Made by a program: the position numbers and the translations under genes. 19,416 bases of DNA from Candidatus Borrarchaeum weybense (GTDB lineage Archaea > Asgardarchaeota > Sifarchaeia > Borrarchaeales > Borrarchaeaceae): contig JAHQJS010000001.1 of NCBI GenBank assembly GCA_019057385.1, forward strand, positions 139,425-158,840, written 5' to 3'. Below are positions 6,982 through 14,162 of the stretch, one piece after another (the first letter of the stretch is position 1; each line of letters starts with the position of its first letter). The notes below the pieces were generated by a model that worked only from the letters and a program-made list of their open reading frames with translations, ran no database searches and was not told the origin of the DNA.

Positions 6982-8889
6982 TTAACTTAACAAATTCAAT
7001 ATACTGTCTTTTTCTATTTTTTCCAGAGACAAGTTGATATCGCATTCCTCTTCGGTATCCACTATCTCTGCACCAGATTGCAAAAGCACTTCATTCAAAC
7101 TAATCGTGTCTATGTAGAAATCCACAAGATATCTTCGAGCATGATTAATCATTTTTGATGCTCCAGAGGTAATGCTCGTTCCTATAAGGCTCTCTGAGAA
7201 GTAAAATCGAACATCTCCAATGGCTGACGTCACTATACCCAATATCTTTTGTTTGTCATCTATTTTTGTTCCCACAGAGCAGACGATATCATTTGGATCA
7301 ATAACATAATTCTTCCCAAAGCCGCTAGGACGATGCTTTGCCACAACGATTTCAAAAGGTACTTCTTTTGAATCTGAATAGTAATTAAAATAGTTGACCA
7401 TAAATATACCAGGTGAGTCCAAGCATTGGCCAGCCAGGTAGAACAACTCTGAAGCACCTTTTGGCCTTGGAGCATTCGTGACATCTCCTGAGAACAGAAT
7501 TTTTCTCGAGTCTGATCTATATGAACCATCCCAGCCATATTTCATTCCATCTGCAGAAATCAAGGATAAATCCAAATCGACTCTTGACCTCTCTCCACGT
7601 CGACCTTCAAGGTTGAACCAGTGAACTCCAAATACCATATCCTGGTCTATTGTCAAATATGATCCAGAAGGTAAATTTCCAGTGAACTGCTTCTCTGTAG
7701 CAGGAAGAGCATATACAACATTCTTTGGAAGGTAGATTTTCTTCCCGCTAACATTCTTGCTGACATCCTGCTCAATATGCGAAAGGACTACTCTAAGCAC
7801 TTCATCTGACTTAGCCTTTACGTATCCATCATAACTAACTTCCGTAGCCCAGCTTCTCCCATTTCTTACCTTGTAGAGAGTTGAAAAAACATCTTTTGTT
7901 CTGAATTTCAAAGCATAGGCTAACCGAATTTTTCGGAAGGTATTTGCTTTGCTTAAAGCTTTGCTTAACTTGCCAAATGTCAAAAGTTCTCTCTTGTTAA
8001 TCAGAGAGGTAACTTCATTAAGATAATCTGAATGCATTGGCACGTGATGTCTTTTGGATAGCTTGCTGATTCTGTTTATGAGAGCGTTCATTCGGCCATC
8101 GGATCTAAATGCCAGGAATAGTGGCTTAAATCTATTGAAGATTTCCGACAAGCTCGTTAAACCATAACGCTTCTCATACTTCGTAAGTAAAAGAAGAGCC
8201 GGAAGTTTATCCGCTGCAGCAACTCTTCCTATAGTCGCCTTGCTTTTAATCAGCAAAGTTTCGTTGATGGTTCGGTAAAGTAAGAACCTCAGAAACTCGG
8301 AAGGATCTTTTGGTAAGATATCCAGATAATCATACAGCTTAATCCGAATTTCTTTATTCTTTACTTTTTCCAAATCCTCAAGGGATATTCCAACAAAGAT
8401 ACATATCTCAACCAGATAGTCAAATGTATCTACTTTCAAAGCTACTCCAGAAGAAATCAGCTTTATTACCTTCTCCTTTAGCTCTTCTTTGGTATAGCCT
8501 TTGATTACAACCAGATTCATCCTATCCAATTTTACCTCTGGAACATCAAGCTGTTCATTTGGAATATATACCGAATCTTTATCGTAGACCCCCAATGCTT
8601 CAAAGCCATAGGTAGTGAAATAATGCAGTATCTGCTCCAGTACCAACTGAACAATACTTGCCTCCTTCACTTTCTTCCAGGATTTGTGAAAAGAGTTGTT
8701 TAGTTGCTCGGCCGTTCGTCCAATGCTTTCAGCTATCTTAAGCAGCTCTTGCTCTGAATAGTTTGATATAACTTCTGAAGAGAATACAAACCCCCTCTGA
8801 ACAGTTGCTTCCAGCAAAGTACGACTTGGTTCTTTCCTGCTCTTGTTCTTTACAGGCAATGCTTTGAAAAGTTTGATTGTTGCTTCCAT
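6982..8889 (-). CDS. 635-aa protein: large basic helical N-terminal region plus TerD-like C-terminal domain
   Basis: C-terminal FGVHW...RVDLDLS...GWD...FSGDVTNAP..GASE matches the TerD/TerZ DLDLS / SGD / GxxE pattern; GAGG SD upstream. Confidence 0.7.
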   Translation of the reverse strand: MEATIKLFKALPVKNKSRKEPSRTLLEATVQRGFVFSSEVISNYSEQELLKIAESIGRTAEQLNNSFHKSWKKVKEASIVQLVLEQILHYFTTYGFEALGVYDKDSVYIPNEQLDVPEVKLDRMNLVVIKGYTKEELKEKVIKLISSGVALKVDTFDYLVEICIFVGISLEDLEKVKNKEIRIKLYDYLDILPKDPSEFLRFLLYRTINETLLIKSKATIGRVAAADKLPALLLLTKYEKRYGLTSLSEIFNRFKPLFLAFRSDGRMNALINRISKLSKRHHVPMHSDYLNEVTSLINKRELLTFGKLSKALSKANTFRKIRLAYALKFRTKDVFSTLYKVRNGRSWATEVSYDGYVKAKSDEVLRVVLSHIEQDVSKNVSGKKIYLPKNVVYALPATEKQFTGNLPSGSYLTIDQDMVFGVHWFNLEGRRGERSRVDLDLSLISADGMKYGWDGSYRSDSRKILFSGDVTNAPRPKGASELFYLAGQCLDSPGIFMVNYFNYYSDSKEVPFEIVVAKHRPSGFGKNYVIDPNDIVCSVGTKIDDKQKILGIVTSAIGDVRFYFSESLIGTSITSGASKMINHARRYLVDFYIDTISLNEVLLQSGAEIVDTEEECDINLSLEKIEKDSILNLLS

Positions 8890-8909
8890 GTTAACCCTCT
8901 ATAAAAAAG

Positions 8910-8964
8910 GCGGCGGGAGGTATCATTTGCCCAATGCATATAATTTAGGAACCTCCTTTGCCGC
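8910..8964 (-). ncRNA. Structured RNA unit 1 (candidate ncRNA or cis element)
   Basis: Minus strand: GCGGC AAA GGAGGU UCCUA-N23-U ACCUCC C GCCGC followed by CUUUUUU; same architecture as unit 2 with compensated stems. Confidence 0.7.
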
Positions 8965-8975
8965 AATATTTCAAA

Positions 8976-9064
8976 GGGAGATGAAAGGTATTTTTCATGG
9001 TGATGGCCTTGCGTATTACCGCGTAGGCCATCAAAAATTTTAATAGGAACCTTTTTTATCTCCC
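8976..9064 (-). ncRNA. Structured RNA unit 2 (candidate ncRNA or cis element) with an extra 9-bp internal hairpin
   Basis: Minus strand: GGGAGAU AAA AAAGGU UCCUA...UGAUGGCCU-N15-AGGCCAUCA...U ACCUUU C AUCUCCC followed by UUU. Confidence 0.7.
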
Positions 9065-9076
9065 ATCACATATATA

Positions 9077-9082
9077 ATTATA
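9077..9082 (-). promoter_or_regulatory. Putative -10 box (TATAAT) for the RNA units and the TerD-like cassette
   Basis: Perfect TATAAT 12 nt upstream of unit 2 in an AT-rich intergenic gap; no convincing -35 at 17-nt spacing. Confidence 0.5.
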
Positions 9083-9111
9083 CAATATCCTCCATTCTAC
9101 ATTAGAAAAAA

Positions 9112-9186
9112 TTATAACTTATTTCTTATTTCTTCAAGTATGTAGATTATGCCGAACAAGCAAAGTATCAACAATACCTTAAACAT
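9112..9186 (-). CDS. Putative 24-aa membrane peptide MFKVLLILCLFGIIYILEEIRNKL
   Basis: AAGGGGG SD 5 nt before the ATG, right after the stop of 9197..9679; hydrophobic core with charged tail; below the ORF-track cutoff. Confidence 0.55.
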   Translation of the reverse strand: MFKVLLILCLFGIIYILEEIRNKL

Positions 9187-9196
9187 GTTTTCCCCC

Positions 9197-9679
9197 TTAC
9201 ATAGCCCTTGGTCTTAAACTCAGCCACTCTTTCCAATCCCCTCTATTTGGAATAGGCCTCTCCAGGTCAACAAGACCTAAAGTGTATTCTTCGCCATTCT
9301 CGACGCCTTTTCTTGGGCATTCTCCAAATATCGTACCATGAGCGCCGGCAGTAATAAACTTATGTACCCGCTCATCATTGTAGCCTGCTGCCTTCATCTG
9401 GTGGATAAAGTCCAGCAACTCTGCATTCAACCCTCTCTCAAGCAGGCGTGATAAGTTGAATAGGTCTCGAATATGCTGAATGACTTCCTTTTCATCAGAC
9501 ATATCAATTTCTGCTGCTCCTCTTTTCCAAGGTTCGGTGCTGATTAGGTTCTCAGCTCCACAATTCTTGCAAGGTGCATACTTAATCTTCTGAGTACCGC
9601 TACATACCGTCAACACGTTGACCTTTTTGTAATTGCACTTGCATTTTATTGTTTCGGGCTCTTTTTTAAGTTTGTCCAT
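9197..9679 (-). CDS. Hypothetical protein with N-terminal Zn-ribbon-like Cys pairs
   Basis: CKC...CKNC; GAGGAGG SD. Confidence 0.75.
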   Translation of the reverse strand: MDKLKKEPETIKCKCNYKKVNVLTVCSGTQKIKYAPCKNCGAENLISTEPWKRGAAEIDMSDEKEVIQHIRDLFNLSRLLERGLNAELLDFIHQMKAAGYNDERVHKFITAGAHGTIFGECPRKGVENGEEYTLGLVDLERPIPNRGDWKEWLSLRPRAM

Positions 9680-9689
9680 GATCCTCCTC

Positions 9690-10145
9690 TTAATTCCAAA
9701 CCATGTTTTTTACCCAATTCTTTGCTCTTCCCTCTGCATCTTTCTTGCTCTTCCCTGCCCCAATGTATTTCTGTGCTACGGCTTTTCTTATCTCTTCCTC
9801 ACTCGCCCCTGCCGACTTCATTTCCCTGCATAACTTAACCAATCCAGTAACTCGCTTGGACTTCTTCTTCGGCTCTTCTTTCTCTTTCTTTGATTCTTCC
9901 TTTGATTTCTTCTCAGTTGGCTTATCTTCGAAATTCTCGTATAGGAGCTCATCTTCGCTATTCCTTTTCGGTAGAACAGAAAAAGTATTGCCCTCCTCAT
10001 CCACATTTACTGAAGTGCCCATGATAACGTTTGTTTCGAAAGTGCACTTCTTGAACATTGACAAATCCTGTTCTTTGCATCCTTGACACTTCTTTCCCGC
10101 TTCCCTCTTACTTGTCCGAACTCCAAAGAATTTGCACTTGTTCAT
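9690..10145 (-). CDS. Hypothetical protein (Cys-rich N-terminus, charged linker, helical C-terminus)
   Basis: 151-aa ORF with AAGGGG SD; C..FG...CQGC...C. Confidence 0.75.
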   Translation of the reverse strand: MNKCKFFGVRTSKREAGKKCQGCKEQDLSMFKKCTFETNVIMGTSVNVDEEGNTFSVLPKRNSEDELLYENFEDKPTEKKSKEESKKEKEEPKKKSKRVTGLVKLCREMKSAGASEEEIRKAVAQKYIGAGKSKKDAEGRAKNWVKNMVWN

Positions 10146-10154
10146 ATCAGCCCC

Positions 10155-10598
10155 TTATCTTATACTGAAACTCGGACGAATTCTATCGGCCTTGCCCAAA
10201 TACCGAAGAACGGCATTAACCGAAAAGAACCAAATATCACCAACATGTCCAGCATCCTGACGGGTAACTTCAACAGGATATTTTCGCCGCCTGCGGTTCC
10301 AACCTGTTATCTTGAATGTCTTGCCATCATCGGTTGTAAAGGTTCTCCCAAAATCATCCTCATCGAAGCCTTTCAGCATTCCATAAAGAATGAAATCATC
10401 CCGGCCTTGAACGCTTTCTCCGCTGGCATCAAGAACGGACACCTTGAGCTTAAAGGTTACTTCATGTTGCGTATATGTATATGAGCCACCGCCTGCGGAT
10501 AAGTCCACTCCATACTTCTCTCCAACTTCCTTTAGAGCACTGTCGATTTCGCTCCGAAGTACTTTAAGGTTGCCTTTGTTGAATGACTTAATCTTCAT
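10155..10598 (-). CDS. Hypothetical phage-type protein
   Basis: Start reassigned to ATG 10598 (MKIKSFNK; GGAGAAGG upstream, short overlap with the previous gene); FGRTF...FKITGWNRRRRKYPV. Confidence 0.75.
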   Translation of the reverse strand: MKIKSFNKGNLKVLRSEIDSALKEVGEKYGVDLSAGGGSYTYTQHEVTFKLKVSVLDASGESVQGRDDFILYGMLKGFDEDDFGRTFTTDDGKTFKITGWNRRRRKYPVEVTRQDAGHVGDIWFFSVNAVLRYLGKADRIRPSFSIR

Positions 10599-10848
10599 TA
10601 CCTTCTCCCCCGATTTTTTGACTTCTTTTTCTTCCGCTGACTCTGCCTTTTTCCTTCTTTTGAGCCTCCAGCTTTTCTTGCTCCTTCTTCTCAGCAATCC
10701 GCTGGTTGAGCTTTGCTCTTTCCTTTTTGGCTACCCAGTTGCCGGCATCGAGCTTAGCAAGCTGCTCTTCATCTGAGCGCTTTGCTCGTTGTGCCGAAAG
10801 GCATGCCGCATTCATTCTTTTCTCTCTTTTCCGTTCGTCTCTTCTCAT
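10588..10848 (-). CDS. Small basic helical hypothetical protein
   Basis: First ORF after the promoter at 10887-10915; AAGG SD; RSDEEQLAKLD...AKKERAKL. Confidence 0.7.
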   Translation of the reverse strand: MRRDERKREKRMNAACLSAQRAKRSDEEQLAKLDAGNWVAKKERAKLNQRIAEKKEQEKLEAQKKEKGRVSGRKRSQKIGGEGNED

Positions 10849-10886
10849 CTAATTGAGCCTTTCAATTATTTGCTTCTTATATATAA

Positions 10887-10933
10887 AGTATAATATATTT
10901 TGAAAGGTTTTACAAGTAAAAAATCGGAATTTT
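10887..10933 (-). promoter_or_regulatory. Sigma70-like promoter TTGTAA-N17-TATACT with upstream AAAATTCCGATTTTT box
   Basis: -35 at 10915-10910, -10 at 10892-10887, 17-nt spacer; box at 10933-10919 shared with the promoter at 18266-18312. Confidence 0.75.
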
Positions 10934-10934
10934 A

Positions 10935-11264
10935 TCAAGATTTTCGAGATTTCTTTGGTTTTGGTTTATTAGAAGGGTTCTTTTTTGTACCAGAAAATCT
11001 CCTGGATTTCACCCCACTTTTTCGGAGCTCCTTTTTCGAAGCCGCTAAATGTCTTTTCAAATCAGCAAAGTATTCCTTTATTAGTTTCTTTAAATAGTTC
11101 TCAAATTTAGAAACATCAGCTTCAATATCGCTCAGCTTAGACCATATTTCACAAGCTTCTCTATCCGTCAAAGTAATTTCCAGTTCATCCATGCTCTTCT
11201 CAGGATGCTTTGCCCTCGCCTTAACCACCTTATCCCTTAAAATATCAGATATTTGTTTCGCCAT
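10935..11264 (-). CDS. Hypothetical protein, coiled-coil with basic tail
   Basis: 109-aa ORF, TAATG coupling to the upstream gene, AGGAG SD. Confidence 0.75.
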   Translation of the reverse strand: MAKQISDILRDKVVKARAKHPEKSMDELEITLTDREACEIWSKLSDIEADVSKFENYLKKLIKEYFADLKRHLAASKKELRKSGVKSRRFSGTKKNPSNKPKPKKSRKS

Positions 11265-11521
11265 TACTTTCTCCTTTTCACTAAGCTAAGATCAGACTCG
11301 CAAACAATAAAAGCTAGAGCTCCTTTTTCTGCTGGCATTGTTCCATCGTCGATTGCTTGCTCAGCCATTTTGTGAATATTTTCCAGCCTTCTTCTTAACC
11401 TGTTATGTCTTTTCAATAATGAACTGCCGGTTAATAAAAGAGCCGAGATCATTAGCACAAGTATAAAAATACATAAATATCCAAACAATGGAATTATCTT
11501 TCCTCCTTCGCTCCAGGCCAT
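11264..11521 (-). CDS. Small membrane protein, paralog of 3164..3478
   Basis: Hydrophobic helix, then LRRRLENI...LAFIVCESDLSL. Confidence 0.7.
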   Translation of the reverse strand: MAWSEGGKIIPLFGYLCIFILVLMISALLLTGSSLLKRHNRLRRRLENIHKMAEQAIDDGTMPAEKGALAFIVCESDLSLVKRRK

Positions 11522-12273
11522 AAGATTTTATGGAGCTGCAAGCTAAACTGAACCTTTACCTTATCCCTTATCATCATCTCAACAAGTTGCTTTGGCCATT
11601 CCATGTTAATCTTCGGTTCTTGGCCTCCAAGTTGAGAACACTCTCCACATAAATGTCCTTGAACGCAAAATTCGCCATGGCCTAAAGTTCTTCCACAACC
11701 CAACTTCTGTTCTAGAGTAGCATAGATATAAGTTATAACTGGACTAAAAACTATTTTAGCATCCCAAGAAGGATGATAATCAAGTATTTCTTTAGCAAAA
11801 ACATAGTCCTTCCTATCGGCGATAACAAATTTTATAATATCTACATCTCTCATCCTGCGGAGAGCTTCAAGATTCAACTGTTTGTGCATCCCTGACGATG
11901 GTGTTTTGCAATCCATCACATATCGTATATCACGGCTGAAGTATATCGGCACAATCGAACCATTCGTTTCAATGGACACATCACCTCGCAGTGCTAAAAA
12001 TCTACACAGCTCATATACTGCTTCCATCTGGAGCAGAGGCTCACCGCCTGTAATCGTGACTTTTGGAAAATGAACTTTCTCAAGCACCTCAGGTATAGTC
12101 ATCCAATTCTCAGGTTTGTTCTCTTGAGAATACTTCGTATCACAATAACCACAGTGGAGGTTGCAACCTTTCAATCGAATAAAAGTGGCGAGTTGTCCAG
12201 CCCCATCAAAAGCGTTGACTTCGCCATCTATGCTATCGAATATCGCTTGAACATTCAACTTGATCTCGTTCAT
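11494..12273 (-). CDS. queE: 7-carboxy-7-deazaguanine synthase QueE (radical SAM)
   Basis: IFDSIDGE, FIRLKGCNLHCGYCDT, ITGGEPLLQ, IETNGS, MDCKTPSSG, KFVI, QLHKILW. Start moved to ATG 12273 (GGAGAGG SD). Confidence 0.9.
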   Translation of the reverse strand: MNEIKLNVQAIFDSIDGEVNAFDGAGQLATFIRLKGCNLHCGYCDTKYSQENKPENWMTIPEVLEKVHFPKVTITGGEPLLQMEAVYELCRFLALRGDVSIETNGSIVPIYFSRDIRYVMDCKTPSSGMHKQLNLEALRRMRDVDIIKFVIADRKDYVFAKEILDYHPSWDAKIVFSPVITYIYATLEQKLGCGRTLGHGEFCVQGHLCGECSQLGGQEPKINMEWPKQLVEMMIRDKVKVQFSLQLHKILWPGAKEER

Positions 12274-12559
12274 CCTCTCCTCCAAAATTTGATAATACCC
12301 CCAGAGCAATTTTATCCATATCATCTTTGCTAACACAAACTGGCCAGCCATCCTGGCCATTATGATGTGCTCCGAACATATCAATACAAAAATCTTTTTG
12401 ATATGGATGACCAGAAACTATCTGGTCAATAGTAAACTGGATAGGCCACCCAAAGCAAACAACAATTCTATCAACCATAATATGAATGGTAACAGTTTTT
12501 TCAAAAACATTTCCTTTAGAATCAAATGCTTCAACCTTCATCAGTTCTATTTTCTTCAT
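12233..12559 (-). CDS. Hypothetical protein
   Basis: 108-aa ORF with AAGGAG SD. Confidence 0.7.
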   Translation of the reverse strand: MKKIELMKVEAFDSKGNVFEKTVTIHIMVDRIVVCFGWPIQFTIDQIVSGHPYQKDFCIDMFGAHHNGQDGWPVCVSKDDMDKIALGVLSNFGGEDERDQVECSSDIR

Positions 12560-12895
12560 GTAGAATCTCCTTTGGAATCATCAATGCCTCCGCCATCATC
12601 TGTCTCAACTTTTCAACATCGGCAGAAAAATTATACTTACACTCTATTGATTGTATCTCAACCTCATCACACATGGACTATCTCAACCTCATCTTCACTT
12701 TTAATCGTTTTAAAATCAATGGCGGCTCTTACCGCAGCTCTGGCTCTACCCAAAGATGAATAAATTTTTCCCGTCTTAGACCAGTTACTTTTTTCGAATC
12801 CGGTATAAGCTCCACCTCTCTTACCTACCCTCACTCTTCTAGAACAACCCAGTCTCTTTATTTTTTATCCTATAGCAATCCATGTCTATACTCAT
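12531..12895 (-). pseudogene. Frameshifted hypothetical gene (possibly one broken gene plus a 47-aa ORF at 12531..12674)
   Basis: MSIDMDCYRIKNKETGLF* (TAG 12839-12841) continues in another frame as SRRVRVGKRGGAYTGFEKSNWSKTGKIYSSLGRARAAV...EDEVEIVHV*; a second 15-bp copy then starts DEVEIQSIE... Confidence 0.6.
12654..12693. repeat. 15-bp perfect direct repeat TATCTCAACCTCATC (12654-12668, 12679-12693), 10-bp spacer
   Basis: Read directly. Confidence 0.9.
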
Positions 12896-13802
12896 TTATA
12901 AGTTCATATATTTTTTCTCTTCCCATCTCATCTGGATCTCTATCATGGGGAAGTTTTATAACTTCTACCACTGGAATATAGGCCATGAGAGCTTCAGCTT
13001 CTTTTCTTGCTTTGTAATAGGCCTTCAATTCGCAGTCAAAACACATGTATAATTCTTTAAGTCCTTTTTTCAAAATCAACGTTTTTTGCTGGTCAGTAAG
13101 ATTCGAAGTAAAGGCTGCAACTGCTTCATCACCAACTCTCCAGGCATCCAGGATGCCCTCTACTACAATCATCACTTTTCCAATGTGATCATAATTATAC
13201 AAATAGTTGCCTATATCTCCTGAAGAATTTTTGTACTTTAAGTTAGCAAATCCCGTCAAATCGGCAGCTTGAAAGGCGACCAGCTTCCTATGGCAAAAAA
13301 CTGGAATGATCATCCGATTCATGTATCGTCCAGATCTACATATACCACAACCATGCTCAATCAAAGTATTTATTGAAAGACGCCGTCTCTTTATATACCT
13401 ATAAAGTAAAGGGAAGTTAGTATTTTCAGTAATAAGTTCAATTTCTCGGGGTAGTTCCACTTCGGTTATTTCTTTTGGAGTTTTCTCTCTCTGCTCACCC
13501 GCGAAAATCGCTTTCAAGATTTCAACGGGATCTCCATCAAGAATGATAGGCTCCGAAATCATATCCTTACATTGAGGATAAGACAGTCCAGTTACTGTTA
13601 CAAGTAGATCAACAAAGCTGCCTTTTGGACCACACCTCCAGCAACTTACTACTTCAGTATCAGGATTTACTCCACAGTGATTCGAAGGATCAGCACAGTA
13701 TGGACAATTTATATTTATCCATCCTTTAGTAACATTCTTTCCCTCATCCCACCAGGGAATGCCCAAGCTATTGAAAATATCAACTATCTTTTTCTTTTCC
13801 AT
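12870..13802 (-). CDS. DNA primase (Zn finger + TOPRIM), phage type
   Basis: CPYC...HC...CWRC zinc-binding region, RMIIPV, VVEGILDA, CFD, DPDE. Confidence 0.88.
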   Translation of the reverse strand: MEKKKIVDIFNSLGIPWWDEGKNVTKGWININCPYCADPSNHCGVNPDTEVVSCWRCGPKGSFVDLLVTVTGLSYPQCKDMISEPIILDGDPVEILKAIFAGEQREKTPKEITEVELPREIELITENTNFPLLYRYIKRRRLSINTLIEHGCGICRSGRYMNRMIIPVFCHRKLVAFQAADLTGFANLKYKNSSGDIGNYLYNYDHIGKVMIVVEGILDAWRVGDEAVAAFTSNLTDQQKTLILKKGLKELYMCFDCELKAYYKARKEAEALMAYIPVVEVIKLPHDRDPDEMGREKIYELINEYRHGLL

Positions 13803-13971
13803 CAGGCGCGTCGAAAGATTCGTTAATACCCTTTCTGAACTCAGAAAAACTTTTGCCGATACCCCGCATTACTTCTGGCAGTCGCCTACCGAATATCAAT
13901 AATGCTACAATGAGAATCACGCCGATTTCCCACGGGCCTGGTGCCCAGACGGCTAAGCATTGATCAATCAT
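13780..13971 (-). CDS. tatA: Twin-arginine translocase subunit TatA/TatE
   Basis: GPWEIGVILIVALLIFG-RRLPEVMRGIGKSFSEFRKG: TM helix, FG hinge, amphipathic helix with LP...G...FRKG. Confidence 0.9.
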   Translation of the reverse strand: MIDQCLAVWAPGPWEIGVILIVALLIFGRRLPEVMRGIGKSFSEFRKGINESFDAPDGKEKDS

Positions 13972-14162
13972 TTTTTTCTCCGGAATAGTTTAGTTCTTTT
14001 ACAATTTTCACACTTAACACTCGACCTTCTTTTTTTAACATATTTCTTATCTATCTCAGAGAGAAAACACAAACCACAAGCAGCATAGATAATACAAGGA
14101 TCAAGTTTAAGCTCTCCAGCGTAGAGATGTGTTTTCAAATCCTTACTCTTTTTCATTCTCAA
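13968..14162 (-). CDS. Small Cys/Lys-rich hypothetical protein, possible Zn finger
   Basis: H...ACG...VKCENCKR; ATGA overlap with tatA. Confidence 0.65.
   Translation of the reverse strand: MRMKKSKDLKTHLYAGELKLDPCIIYAACGLCFLSEIDKKYVKKRRSSVKCENCKRTKLFRRKK

Noticed and set aside
8910-9064. preQ1 or other known riboswitch, tRNA, or plain pair of terminators
   Set aside because: No preQ1 pseudoknot/A-rich tail arrangement, no cloverleaf, not upstream of que genes; a shared internal loop and UCCUA are not expected of simple terminators. An Rfam scan is still needed.
12274-12384. Extended N-terminus of QueE given by the ORF track (likewise 10599-10697 and 5550-5603 for their ORFs)
   Set aside because: These extensions overlap upstream genes at length; downstream ATGs with an SD or stop-start coupling fit better.
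12654-12693. Mini CRISPR array
   Set aside because: Only two 15-bp copies with a 10-bp spacer, inside coding-like sequence, and no cas genes.
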